Below are positions 13,259-27,188 of a DNA stretch of 64,000 bases, in pieces. The stretch spans positions 34,658,001 to 34,722,000 of the forward strand of contig OX597828.1 of assembly GCA_951406725.2 (NCBI GenBank). Reading direction: 5' to 3'. The DNA comes from Octopus vulgaris. Lineage: Eukaryota. The notes beneath the pieces were generated by a model. It ran no database searches. It worked only from the letters and a program-made list of their open reading frames with translations, and had not been told where the DNA came from. A program made the position numbers and the translations under genes. How positions within the stretch are numbered: the stretch's first letter is position 1; each line of letters begins with the position of its first letter.

Positions 13259-14516
13259 ATATGTACGGTATGATATATTACAGAATAATACAATATAATA
13301 TATAATATATAATGCATGATATAATATATATATGTTATAAAATAGTAATACATCTGATATATAATATGTAAATATAGCTATCTACCACTTTATCTATACA
13401 CATACATATATACATATATATGTACATACACAGACACAGACACACACACACACACAATCAGTGGTGTCTCCGGTCGAGTATAAATTTAGTAAAGAGAATG
13501 TATATTTTCAAGCTGATTTAATTTCTGCCAACACTGACCTCAAGTATGTAATGTCAGCCAATAACTCAGGCTCCTTTTATTGAGCCTGGTCGCAGTTCAT
13601 TTATTTGCGTTCAGTATCTGGTGGTCGTTTTAGAGGTGCCCTGTGTCCAAAAATATCATTCGTAGCAGACATTCTTCCGACATCGTTCACACGCACCTCA
13701 CTCGGGCTCAGAAGTTACAGCCCGAGTTGTTATCTATAATAGTAAAAATTAAAAGTAATTCAAATTCAATTTTTTCTTGAAACCATAAGTTTCTATATGG
13801 ATTAGGATTTAAATTTCAAGCTATGAAAAATTTCTGTTCAACAATATTCTTAAAGGAACGAAAAATTATCCAGCAACTCGGACTAATACGAACGAGCCTG
13901 GTAGGTTTAAAACACTAACTGGCATCTCTTGTCAAGAGTACAGGCGACAGTCTGATGCTAGTTGTACACTCTGATGTCGTTATTTGATTGCTGTTATTCT
14001 GTGCGTCTGTGTGTAAAGACCAGTTGTGTTTTACAGGGTTGCAGGAACAATAATGTTTCTATTTATTAGATCAGTGACTGTATATCACTTAGAAAATTAT
14101 ATATTTTCGAAAGGTGTTTAGCATCATCATCTCAGCGAAAGAGTTTTTTCTGTGCCGACGAATGGAAATAACCCTAAAGCCATGCAGTCCACAAATACTC
14201 CTTTGTGCTGGGTCGGGGCACTAAGCTCCCCTGTTCGAAAATATGAGGACACAGATCATGTGTAGTATTACCAGCTGGAGACGATGTCTCCTGGGGCTAA
14301 CAACAGTAGCATTCGTCCTAAACGGGGTTACCACATTAGGTTGGCAAATAATCGTTTTTTTATTTTTGCCCTTAACTTAGAAATGGAGAAATACATAATA
14401 CTAGATATAAAAAGATAAGCCATTCTTGGCTAAAAATATGGCGACAAAACATGAAATTCTTCGAGCAGGCATGTGTCTTGTGCGAAATCTGACACTGACG
14501 ACCTGGAGCCGCCTCT

Positions 14517-14571
<55 letters not shown>

Positions 14572-14574
<3 letters not shown>

Positions 14575-15008
14575 GTAGGTTAAAACTTTTTTCGAAAAAA
14601 TTTTATCAATGGCCAGCATATTAAAAAATACCTTTAAAGGTTAAATTATAAACAACTTATAAATTAGGGCAAACGAAAAAAATTTCTAATGCCAAATATG
14701 CCGAAAATTGGACATATTGTCCATTTACCATACAAATTTTTTCTCAGTACGCACGCTACTCGAAAAAAGGTCGACAGAAATCTCTAAAAAATTCCATTAT
14801 TACCATATCGGACTGATTTCAGGGTTAGTTCAAAAAGAACCCTTCCTTCGTCAGTGATACATGTGGCAAAGAAGTAAATGAGATACTTACTCATACCCAT
14901 GGGTATGAGTAAGTATCTATAAATTATATGGTAAATGGACAATATGTTCAATTTTCGGCATATTTGGCATCAGAAATTTTTTTAGTTTGCCCTTATTTAT
15001 AAGTTGTA
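14572..15008 (-). mobile_element. Penelope-like insert in (TA)n with inverted repeat and hammerhead
   Basis: About 80-bp inverted arms (14652-14732 / 14927-15007), a perfect 38-bp palindrome at 14881-14918, and a minus-strand hammerhead at 14805-14860. Confidence 0.7.
14805..14860 (-). ncRNA. Type I hammerhead ribozyme
   Basis: Minus strand reads gtatca-CTGACGA-aggaagggttctttttgaactaaccct-GAAA-tca-GTC-cgatat. Stem II is agggtt/aaccct, the cleavage triplet is GUC, and stem I is tatc/gata. Confidence 0.72.
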
Positions 15009-15029
15009 TATATATATATATATATATAT

Positions 15030-15395
15030 AATGAAGGGTGAAATTAATTAATTTGGAATAATTATCAATTACACCAAGTAGTCTTCGGCATGTAAAAGCC
15101 TCATTCGAGGAAAATTTAAGTAATACTAAGCAATAAAGGGTTTAGCAACGAATTGCCTTACCACATACCGAATTTAGAAATAGCAGTCAAAGAGTTATAG
15201 CTATTTCTTCTACTAAAAAGGGAGATCTCAGTAAAAAACAGGAAGATCTCAGTAAAAAACACAAGCCTTCCAATTGCTGTGTTTTTTACTGAGATCTCCC
15301 TTTTAGTAGAAGAAATAGCTATAACTCTTTGACTGCTATTTCTAAATTCGGTATGTGGTAAGGCAATTCGTTGCTAAACCCTTTATTGCTTAGTA

Positions 15396-15398
<3 letters not shown>
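15030..15398. mobile_element. Foldback Penelope-like insert in (TA)n
   Basis: About 116-bp near-perfect inverted arms (15124-15240 / 15280-15395). Same family as 17093-17457. Confidence 0.65.
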
Positions 15399-15460
<62 letters not shown>

Positions 15461-15503
15461 GTATATGTATATTTATATATATATATATATATATATATAC
15501 ACG

Positions 15504-15566
<63 letters not shown>

Positions 15567-15829
15567 TCACACATAGTATGGGTTCACTTAAGCATAGCGA
15601 TATTAATAACTCAATATACCCATATTTTGAAGTAAAGTGTCTGGCGAGTACCGAGGTTCTCCGAAATAAACAGGCATTTTATTATAATGGCTCTTAAGAA
15701 GCTAAAGGAGCTACAGGCTGTCACACAACCATTAAACTCTAACTGCACTTCTTAAAGCAGAAACTACAGTAAGCTGATGAAGGTCATTGCGTGAGACCTG
15801 TTCACTTGTCATTCACTATTGTTCATATA

Positions 15830-15872
<43 letters not shown>

Positions 15873-16288
15873 GATTCTGTTTGAAATAGCTACTTAAGTT
15901 GAGGCACCAAGTCTGTCCAGTATTGTCGCACAGCTCGAAGTCAAGTGAATAAAAAGCAAATAAGTAAGAAGGATGTCTAGGTATTAGTGCATTATGGCCG
16001 TTTCAAGCGGTTTCATTTTATCGATCAATACAAACATTACATCAATTTGAAATAAACTGCTCTCCTTGGACGCAAACGACCATATACATTTCCAACATAC
16101 AGGATACTCCATTATAGTTTTTTATCAAATTTTTCATCAGTGGTAGGAACTAGAATACATTGCTTCTTTTTGTTATTATTGTACCTGAATGAATTTCCTT
16201 AAATTCATTATATATATATATACACACACACATATATATATATATGTATGTGTGTGTGCGAGTATGTATGTATGTATATATGCAAGTA

Positions 16289-16329
<41 letters not shown>

Positions 16330-16429
16330 TGTCTGTGCATATATATATATATAACTTAGACGACAGTTTATTCATCGCACCCTATATGTGCGTGTGTTTG
16401 TGTGTGTGTGTGTAGATATATAGATATAT

Positions 16430-17515
<1,086 letters not shown>

Positions 17516-17519
17516 CTAC

Positions 17520-17735
17520 CGATGTTGGTGCCACGTAAAAAGCACCCTGTATACTCTTTAAAGTGCTTGGGTTTAGGAGGACATCCAGCAGTAGAAACTC
17601 TGCCAAAATAGAGGGTGTAACCTGGAGCGGACCACGGCCTTCTCAGCTCCTGTGAAAACGTTCAACTCATGCCAGCATGGAAAATGATCGTTAAATGATA
17701 ATGGCGATGATGATGGTGGTGATGTTGATGACGGA
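17520..17735 (+). mobile_element. SINE or LINE 3' fragment with RTE-like tail
   Basis: Ends in catgccagcatggaaaa...cgttaaatgat-(gat)n, resembling the tails of RTE-mobilised elements. Confidence 0.5.
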
Positions 17736-17736
17736 T

Positions 17737-17773
<37 letters not shown>

Positions 17774-20700
17774 GAAGTTAAAGGAGAACTGTTACCGATG
17801 CAGCGCTTTCGGTAATATGCTTCCTTGGACCAGGGCTGACCTGAAACTAAAATCCACCACCACCAACAATGAAACCAATGTTGCTGGTCCCCCATTTGAT
17901 ATTACTGTTATCAGTTAAACATTTATATATTTTTTGAAGGCAGAAAACTCTCATTTCTAGAAAGAAAGAAATGCGTTCCTTTAAATCGATATTTCGAGCA
18001 TTACTGGTCTTATACGGAAGTTGACATGTGACAAAACAAGATAACATGTCAATCTGTTACGCTCGAACAATTTATCTCGACTGTCTTTCGGCTATCAACT
18101 TTTTTTCAGCACCATGCGGTTTGTTGTTGCAGACGTTGTTGAGTCTCCTGTCAATATTGTTGAACATAGGAGAGATTATCATGATCCATGATGGATATAA
18201 TGTATTGTTAGTATAAAATTTTGCTGTTTAGCGTTGAACAAATGTTGTGAGCGTTCAGTTGCTTGTCCTTGAACTTTCTATACTCTTTTTCCTAGCAATG
18301 TTGTGAATGTTATAAACATGTTGTATGTGATTCGTCGATTATGTTGCTGAGTCTGTGGTGTGTTCCAGGATTTGTCGAAAACTAAGTAGAAGGAATTACT
18401 ACCTAATTTAGTGTTAAATCGTAGCACAAAATCCTCTCCCTTCATAGTCATAGCTGTGCCTAGTGTATAAGTGGAACCCCACTTTTTCTTTGCAATTACA
18501 ATGAAGCATAAAACTATGCGACTTATATGCAAGAAATACGGTAGTCACTCGTCAGAAATGCTTGATCATATACAGACTACTGGTCGCTTTTTGATTGGTG
18601 ACAATTAAATTGGCAAGCAAAGCGAGGGGTGTCAAGATCGCGTCGCAGAGTAGTCGCTGCGACTTTGTGTATAATATTTTATAACTGAACGAAACAGTAA
18701 AATGCTGTAGCATGTATTTTATATTGTGATGGCAAGGGCGAAACTATAAGTAACCTTCTGAACACAAAATAGTAAATACTAGACGATACCAAGTAATTGA
18801 GATGAATGATCGAGGATTGTGTATCAGTAGTATCATCCAACTGTGATGACTGCATCCGAGATAAGTTGGCGAGGTTTCAATCTGAACGACAAACAATGGT
18901 GTTGACATTTCCTCGTCTTTCGTCTGCTTTGGTGCAACTGCATAAAAATCAATTAAAATCGACAAACTCATCAGAACATTTGAGATTGCAAATGCTTGCG
19001 ATAGATTCATTAATGCAGGTCATTTGTTGGGTTTGTCTTGACGATGACGTCAGTAATTGCGAAGATGGCGGAACTGAAATCAGTTTGTGACCCGACAACA
19101 CATGAAAGGATGTCTTTCAAGTTACTGTCCGAGATGAAGTTTAGCAAAGTAGACACTCGCAAGTATTGGTCAAATGAGTCGTAGCTGAGTTTCCTTAATC
19201 ATATCTGGTTGTTGTGAAATTCCTCTTACCGCCTGAAGTGACAGTTCAGTGTAAAATCTAGAAGAGCCAAAATATCTTAAGTGGTACGAGCATGTGATTT
19301 GTCCATTGAATTTACCAAACGATTTATTCGCGTGAGATAAGGATAAAGCAACGCTTTCTTCAGGCTCATCTTACAAATCGATTTTAAAAGTTGAGGATTT
19401 CTAAGAATTTAAAACTTTTGACGCTTCGTATCAAAATAGTAAATTTCTGATTGTATTAATCTAATGATTCAGTGGCTTAATTCTTTTTAATATCCCTGTA
19501 TGAGCAAGACATTTAGCTGTGCAACTCCAAATTCCCATGTTCTAGAGTTGGTGGTGGTGATACGGTTTACAGTTAATCATTCCAATTCTTGACTATTTCT
19601 CAAGATTAATACTGATAATAAGAAAAACCATATTAAATGAACGACAATCTCATCATCTGATTACTTATCGATAAATCACTGAAACGGTCAGGCAGTGGTT
19701 TCAAGACCGAAGGACATGTCGTTAAACCCACACAAGCCACAGGGTATTGTAAACTCAATCTTGTGGAAATCATCTAGATAACTCAGATCTGCTGATAAAC
19801 ACATCGAAGCTGATTTTGATAAAACTTTGATAACACTTGAACATATGGCAAATATCTTTCGGATATAACTGCCATTTAAGAATATATTTCTCTCTATATG
19901 GTTTTCAATCTCTTGGATCCTTGTTATGAACTGCAAGGATGGATGACCAATTACTGGATGGTGGTTGAAAGCAATCCAGTTACATAATGCGTTCAAACTT
20001 TCGTTCAAAGTCCATTTGTCGTTCAGGGATGAGTTTGTATGAGTAAAAATTCAGTTCAGATCTAGTGTACGGCATTGTGAAGTACAGATGCGATGCTTGA
20101 TGCAGGTTTAATGGTTAATGGGAATTCAATGAGAATCTGTGGTTCTGCAATGTGCAGCGATCACTGCAAAGAGATTGTTGACATTTTCCCCGTGATATTC
20201 AGATTAATGGCATTATCTAACATGTAGCGATGGCCAAACACTGGCAGACAATTAATTATAGTTTATAGTAGTCTAAGGAATCAACGTTTATGACACAATG
20301 ATACGAGTGCAATCTGCATACACAAAAACTAGTAGAAGGTCCTAACTTAGTGTTGTGGATCATCTGTTGAAAGTTGTGACTGATCTTCAATAGATGGTTT
20401 TAAGATATAAACTTCTTTAAGGCAGTGTCGCATTGGTTGACGAAATGATACTGATCTTTGAGACTGTATCTAGGAGATAGAATTAAATATTTACCTTACA
20501 TTCGATAAATAAACAACGATACTGCAATGAGCAGTTTTGTTTCCAGAAAATAAGTGTGGGTGTTTGTGTATTTTAGCTTTGTTACCAATTTCGCTGCAAC
20601 AACGGAAAATTGATTGGAAGACAGAAAAACATTGAAAGTGTAACTGCTGCCATAGATAGAAAGGCAGGGAAGGACTGAACGAAGTGTAATTACAAATTGG

Positions 20701-21077
20701 AGAGCGATTCCGAGGTGAACTGTGTGAAAATAAATGCTGTAACACTTCGTTGGACAGTAATGTTTAGGTCGGCAAACTCTTGCTCGGCAAATTTGTATAA
20801 CTTGAATAAAAAAGCGACACAAAGAGTACAGTGAAACCGTAGTGAAGAATAACGAGAGACTGGCTGCAGCTGATGAGGAACGCAAGACGACGTGTACTTG
20901 TCTATGTCGATAGAAAATAGTAAACAGAAAGTAACTGGCTGAGAAAGAGAAAAGAAAAGAGAAATGAAGAGGAGCTGGCAAAAGTAAGGTGGAAGGAGAA
21001 CTTTGGAGAAGCGGAAGGATGAGAATAGGAATACTGAACAAAGAGGAAGTGTAGGGGTAGAAGAAAAAAAACATCAT

Positions 21078-21525
21078 TTAAACCTGCATGCGATATGGTT
21101 CCGAGTTTGAATATGAATAAAATAAATAACACCGCACAACGACAACCGCCATTTTCAACAGCAGACCCGGGGTTAAACAACAACAACGACATGATATTTG
21201 TCTGATCACACATTTCGACGATAACATTTAAAAGTAATACATATTGTAGGATGGTCAGCATAGATGGTTATCAGTAATAGCATTGATTATGGGTAAAATG
21301 GTACTGGCAGAAAATAGAGTTATTAGAGCGCAGGCTTAGCTGTGTGGTTAAGAAGTTCTGTATTACTTTTAAATGTTATCGTCGAAATGTGTGATCAAAC
21401 AAATATCATGTCGTTGTTGTTGTTGTTTAACCCCGGGCCTGCTGTTGAAAATGGCGGTTGTCGTTGTGCGGTGTTATTTATTTTATTCATATTCAAACTC
21501 GGAACCATATCGCATGCAGGTTTAA
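21078..21525. repeat. About 165-bp inverted duplication
   Basis: 21078-21241 is the near-perfect reverse complement of 21359-21525. The ORF track shows the same peptide on both strands. Confidence 0.95.
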
Positions 21526-21627
21526 GATGTTCTGTACGTGACAAATGTATATCCGAGTTCGATCCGTGTCACATTCAGTAAATGTTTTACAGAGTAACAT
21601 TCGGTTGATCAATATTTTAATGAGTAG

Positions 21628-22032
21628 AAAGGCGCCGAGCTGGCAGAAACGTTAGCACGCCGGGCGAAATGCTTAGCGATATTTCGTCTGCCGTTACGTT
21701 GTGAATTCAAATTCCGCCGAGGTCGACTTTGCCTTTCATCCTTTCGGAGTCGATTAAATAAGTACCAGTTACGCACTGGGGTCGATATAATCGACTTAAT
21801 CCGTTTGTCTGTCCTTGTTTGTCCTCTCTATGTTTAGCCCCTTGCGGATAGTAAAGAAATAGGCATTTCGTCTGTCTTTATGTTCTGAGTTCAAATTGCG
21901 CCGAGGTCGACTTTGCTTTTCATCCTTTCGGGGCTCGATAAATTAAGTACCAGTTTCGCACTAGGGTCGATCTAATCGACTGGTCCCCTTCCTAAAAATT
22001 TCGGGCCTTGTACCTAGTGTAGAAAAGATTAT
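21628..22032 (+). mobile_element. SINE family A dimer with two different tails
   Basis: Unit 1 ends in the LINE-like tail ...gtaaagaaata. It is followed by ggcatttcgtctg and unit 2, which has an alternative tail (aaaatttcgggccttgtacctagtgtagaaaagattatt). Confidence 0.9.
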
Positions 22033-22109
22033 TTTGTGAGTAAAGTTTGATAAACAGAACTGTGCAGATGCACGTAGTACGCACACACACACACACACAC
22101 ATACACACA

Positions 22110-22146
<37 letters not shown>

Positions 22147-22274
22147 ACACACACACACATACATACGTACATACATACACATAGGATAGACTTGTTTCGA
22201 TTTCCATCTACAAAATCCACTCATAAAGCCCGGGGTTATAAGTAATAAGCATATATTTCATACATATATTATAT

Positions 22275-22658
22275 ACTAGCAGTATCGCCCGGCGTTGCTC
22301 AGGTTTGTAAGGGAAATAACTATAAAGCATTTTTAGAGAGTTATAGCCAAAAAACAGCAAAAAAATGGAAAAAAATGATGGTAAATTTTTTTTTTAGTTA
22401 AAAAAGGTGGAGTTGCGTCCCCTAGACAGTTTGCGGTTTGTGTTTCTGATTCTCGACCCCATATCGAATTTATCGATTTTTTTCAGAACTGGGGGAACTT
22501 TTCAAAATTTTCGCTGCGTTAGTTTTGAATTATGACATTGGGCTATGTGTGTGTCAAGTTTCATCAGAATCGGTTGAAAGCCGTGGTCAGGGTGAGGGTA
22601 CGAGCAAACAGACACACAGTAACACGCACAGACAAACTGCCGTTTATATATAGAGAGA
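22275..22658 (-). mobile_element. Non-autonomous Helitron-like element
   Basis: Minus-strand ends are A|TC...CTAG|T, with a GC-rich subterminal hairpin (cctgagcaacgccggg), an internal acagac-type repeat and an aagtttcatcagaatcgg motif typical of short Lep1-like Helitrons. Confidence 0.72.
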
Positions 22659-22660
22659 TA

Positions 22661-23009
22661 CAGGCATATTTCAACTTACGACGTCTCGAGTTACGTCTCC
22701 CTCGATTTCACGTAGTACTTTTAAAAGGAATTTAATGAAAAAAAACTAAAATAAACACTTCAGTCGGCTTATCCGACTTTACGTCGACCTCAGCGAACAT
22801 ATTTAAAAGGATAATAAAAACAAAAACACCTAAAAATGAAATACTGAAGTGGAAAATCAAATAAAATACGTGAAAATATGTGCAAATCACATTTTACGGC
22901 AGATATTAAAGCAAATGAATTTTAAAATATAATTTTTCGTATAACATCGTTTTTTGAGTTTTGTCGCAATTCTTGGAAACAGTTACCGACATATGTTGAG
23001 GTATGTCTG
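22661..23009. mobile_element. Tigger/pogo-like MITE
   Basis: Left end TA-caggcatatttcaacttacg. The right end reverse-complements to cagacatacctcaacatatg (imperfect TIRs). Confidence 0.65.
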
Positions 23010-23839
23010 CATAGCTATGTGTGTGTGCATGTGTTTGTGTGCGTGCATGTGCGTACGTTCATGTGTGTGTGTGTTTCTATCATTTACCGTTTATCGGTGA
23101 ACGATATAAACATCGCGAAAAAGAAAGCTTTTGCCCTTTGAATATTTTTTTGCCTGATATTTGATATGAAATCGGTCTTTTGAACTAGTCTTATATTTTA
23201 GGAGAGTCCTAATTAGTAGTTATCATTAAACAATTACAAAAGAGCGCGTGGCTCATAAATATCACATGCTTCTCTTTAATTACAGTAATGCGTGCTTAGT
23301 TTTATAACTCATTATTAAGAAATGGCGGGTGCCGTTGTAAAGTATTAAATTTTCTCGGTGAACACAGAACCACGAGAAACGAATTATTTAACAACAGAAA
23401 AAAAAAAAAAGAGGGAGAAAAGGTTATTTCTTTCAAGAACAATATTCGGAAAGATATGTCCATCTCAAATGATCGTTTGTCCCAAAGAAGGAGCATAGAC
23501 GTAGTTGCTCGAGTGGCAAGTACTTACTTAGGGTCGGTCAAGATTCCTAGGACACATAGTGCCGAAGCTTAACCTGGTTTTCATAGCGCAGGAGTGAATG
23601 AGATAACATCACTCCTCACCACGCGAGTATGTTACAGGGTTAACTTCCCAGATATTGTTTAAACTCATTTAGAATTGCGTGGACTGAAGCACTCATTAAA
23701 TCAATTCATTTCACTCATGTAAAATGAATTGATTTAATCAAGTAAAAAACGTATCGCTCGGAACGGGGATCGAAGCGACGATTTTACGATCGCCAATGCA
23801 TCATCCTAAATACTAGGTCACGTGCCTTCATCAGCTAGT

Positions 23840-24056
23840 GATGATTTCGAATTTTGGTACAAGCCCAGCAGTTTCTGGGGAGAGGGAAGTCGATTACATT
23901 CACGCCAGTATTCACCAGGTTCTTGTTTTATCGACCTCAAAAAGATGAAAGGCAAAGTCGACCTCGGTAGAATTAGAATTCCAAACGTGAAGGCGGACGA
24001 AATACCGCTAAGCATTTCGTCCGGCGTGCTAACGTTTCTGCCAGCTTGCCGCCTTC
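23840..24056 (-). mobile_element. SINE family A, degenerate
   Basis: Homology to 27605-27838. Confidence 0.85.
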
Positions 24057-24628
24057 TCACCAGCTAGTGATAGCAACAATTTTTCATCAAAATCATACAC
24101 TACTGTCATAAAGAAAAAGGAAGGACAAAATTGACCAGGGCCTAAACAAGAACAGCAGCAACAACAACGACAAATAAAGCAATTTAAGAAGGTAACTTAG
24201 ACGCGGTTAATTGACTTGCTGGAAATAGCAGCCTAATCTCATTCGCATCCCGCCTTAATGTCGTAAATAAAAGAGATGCATATAAAGTGGTCAATGTTAG
24301 CCCTTTTCACCATAGGTCTGATCGAAGCACAAAAAGCTGGAAATAATAACATGAAAATATTTAGAAGTAAAGATTTGGGGTAAAAAAAAAAAAGGAAGTG
24401 TACCCGTAGGGATCGAATCCTGATCTCTCGTAAACATGAAAGTGTTCTACTATTGTGCCAAACGGATCGTTCGAATTTCTCCATTCATTTTAAAAGCTTG
24501 ATTCTTACCAGCAAGAACTGTATGTTATTAACGTCAGCAGAAAGTCTAAAGATAGAATAGCCAATTCCATGTAAGGGACTTATATTTTCTTTTTAGCTTC
24601 TTCAGGACCGTCTCTTGCTATTCAGAAA

Positions 24629-24706
24629 TTTTACCTGTATCTTCACCGGTTCATCAGGCAATTTATGACATGTCTGGTGACCTCATGAATATACAGGCGA
24701 AACGCC
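24629..24706. ncRNA. Divergent pair of decayed hammerhead motifs
   Basis: Minus 24657-24629 reads ctgatgaaccggtgaagatacaggtaaaa; plus 24674-24703 reads ctggtgacctcatgaatatacaggcgaaac. The two are homologous and each has one core substitution. Confidence 0.5.
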
Positions 24707-24761
24707 GAACAAGCATGAAAGAGACTCGGCCAAAAGAAAAAATATATATATACATATATAT

Positions 24762-25183
24762 AGGCGCAGGAGTGGCTGTGTGGTAAGTAGCTTGCTAACC
24801 AACCACATGGTTCCGGGTTCAGTCCCACTGCGTGGCATCTTGAGCAAGTGTCTCCTGCTATAGCCCCGGGCCGACCAATGCCTTGTGAGTGGATTTGATA
24901 GACGGAAACTGAAAGAAGCCTGTCGTATATATGTATATATATATATATATGTATGTGTGTTTGTTTGTGTGTCTGTGTTTGTCCCCCTGCTTGACAACGG
25001 ATGCTGGTGTGTTTATGTCCCCGTTACTTAGCGGTTCGGCAAAAGAGACCGATAGAATAAGTACTGGGCTTACAAAAAGAATAAGTCCCGGGGTCGATTT
25101 GCTCGACTAAAGGCGGTGCTCCAGCATGGCCGCAGTCAAATTACTGAAACAAGTAAAAGAGTAAAAGAGAGAAAAGAGAGAGT
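24762..25183 (+). mobile_element. SINE family B, full length
   Basis: tRNA-like head (tggctgtgtggtaag; gggttcagtccc), CORE-like cttgagcaagt segment, internal (TA)(TG) microsatellite and (gtaaaaga)n tail. Confidence 0.92.
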
Positions 25184-26315
25184 ATATGTGTGTATGTACG
25201 GTGTGACATGCCTCGGCAAAATTTCCGCTTACCAAATCCACTCACAAGGTAATTAATCGGCCCAGAGTGTCAATAAAAGACACTTAACCAAAAATGTCGA
25301 GTAGTGGGGACATGAATCCGAAACTGAGTCGCTGTGACGGGAACTAGTTGGCAACACAATGTCGAACCTTAACCCATTCATACCGATCGTCCGTTTAAAC
25401 TGAAAATTTATAAGGGTATAAAACAAATACTTGATAAAAATTGTGATTTGTGTATGATCTGTGTCAAAGAATGGAACATGTTCTTAACGCATATGCAGTC
25501 TGTGTCAAACAGACTTCACTGATTTTTTTCAGTTACTATTTAGGTCAAAATAATAGTATCTATGAAATTTCAGGCAATTTCATTCACTAGAAAAATTTCG
25601 GCACGAATCGGTTCAGAAAGCATTCCGGACGTTTTGCGTGAAGTAGTAAATGCACGTAGGCCATTGTTTAAAGATCTACACTCTCGATTGAGGTTTCGAT
25701 TCCCGGACATGGCAGTGCGTTGCGTCCTTCAGAAAAATACTTCATTTCCGTGTTGGTCCAAGCCACTCATCTACTAACAGTAACTCAAAAAACTGCAATG
25801 GTCAGGTTCTTCACAGGGTCAATATTGTTATGTCGACCACAACAAGTAACTATCAATATGAGCACCAGGACGCGAGAAAATATTTTACATTTTATTTTGT
25901 ATAAAGTAAAATTGTTCTTTTTTGCCCTTTCCATACTTGGCTTATCTTCTGCTACCAAATTCGGGAATATTAGGTATCTCTTCAAATATTTCCAAACTGA
26001 AGAGTATCGTCTTTGCGACATTTTCAGATTTATAACGCGATCCAATTTTGGTCACGACCCATAGACAGACAACCATTATTATGGCAAGGATAATTTCAGC
26101 AGCAAATAAATAATTCAGATTACATTTTCCTTTTCTTTTCTTTTTTATTTGTTGAGTAACTTCCTACCGACGGGCACAAGGAATTATAGTTGTACAGTTG
26201 CATGAATATATATACATACGCACATACGTGTGTGTGTGTCTGTGTGTGTTTGTGTGTGCATGCGTGCGTGTCTGCATGTATGTATGTAGATAACATCTCT
26301 GCATGCATATCTATG

Positions 26316-26388
<73 letters not shown>

Positions 26389-26440
26389 GTATATGAAATA
26401 TAAATACGCCTAAAATGCATACTTATATACAGGTATACTT

Positions 26441-26495
<55 letters not shown>

Positions 26496-26536
26496 TATAT
26501 AATTTATACATACATATACATACATACATACATACA

Positions 26537-26572
<36 letters not shown>

Positions 26573-26780
26573 TATATATGTATATACACACATATATATA
26601 TATATATACACACATATATATACGGATGTGTGTATATATATATAGAGAGAGAGAAAGATTCATACACATACATATACAAATATAAAAGTAAATATATATG
26701 CATACATACACACGCACGCACACATACAGACACACAGACGCATTCACATATAAGTGTATATGTATGTATATATATATATG

Positions 26781-26839
<59 letters not shown>

Positions 26840-26842
26840 GTA

Positions 26843-26876
<34 letters not shown>

Positions 26877-26905
26877 TGTATGTATATATATGTATATATA
26901 TATAA

Positions 26906-26944
<39 letters not shown>

Positions 26945-27131
26945 TACCAGTGGTTGACAAAACGGTCATATTTATTAATTTCTCTTGAAAAGGTCAGCAG
27001 CATTTTGTGAAACTAAGTCAGTTTTCAGTCTCTGAAAGCTAAACATACATACATACATGCATACACACACACGCATACACACGCACACATGTATATATAT
27101 ACATATATACACACATATATAATACGTATAC

Positions 27132-27188
<57 letters not shown>

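Noticed and set aside
20496-21077. 193-aa ORF
   Set aside because: Partly derived from a purine/pyrimidine-skewed tract; no recognisable domain.
25369-26100. TTAACCC start suggesting a piggyBac end
   Set aside because: No matching right TIR or transposase motif found.
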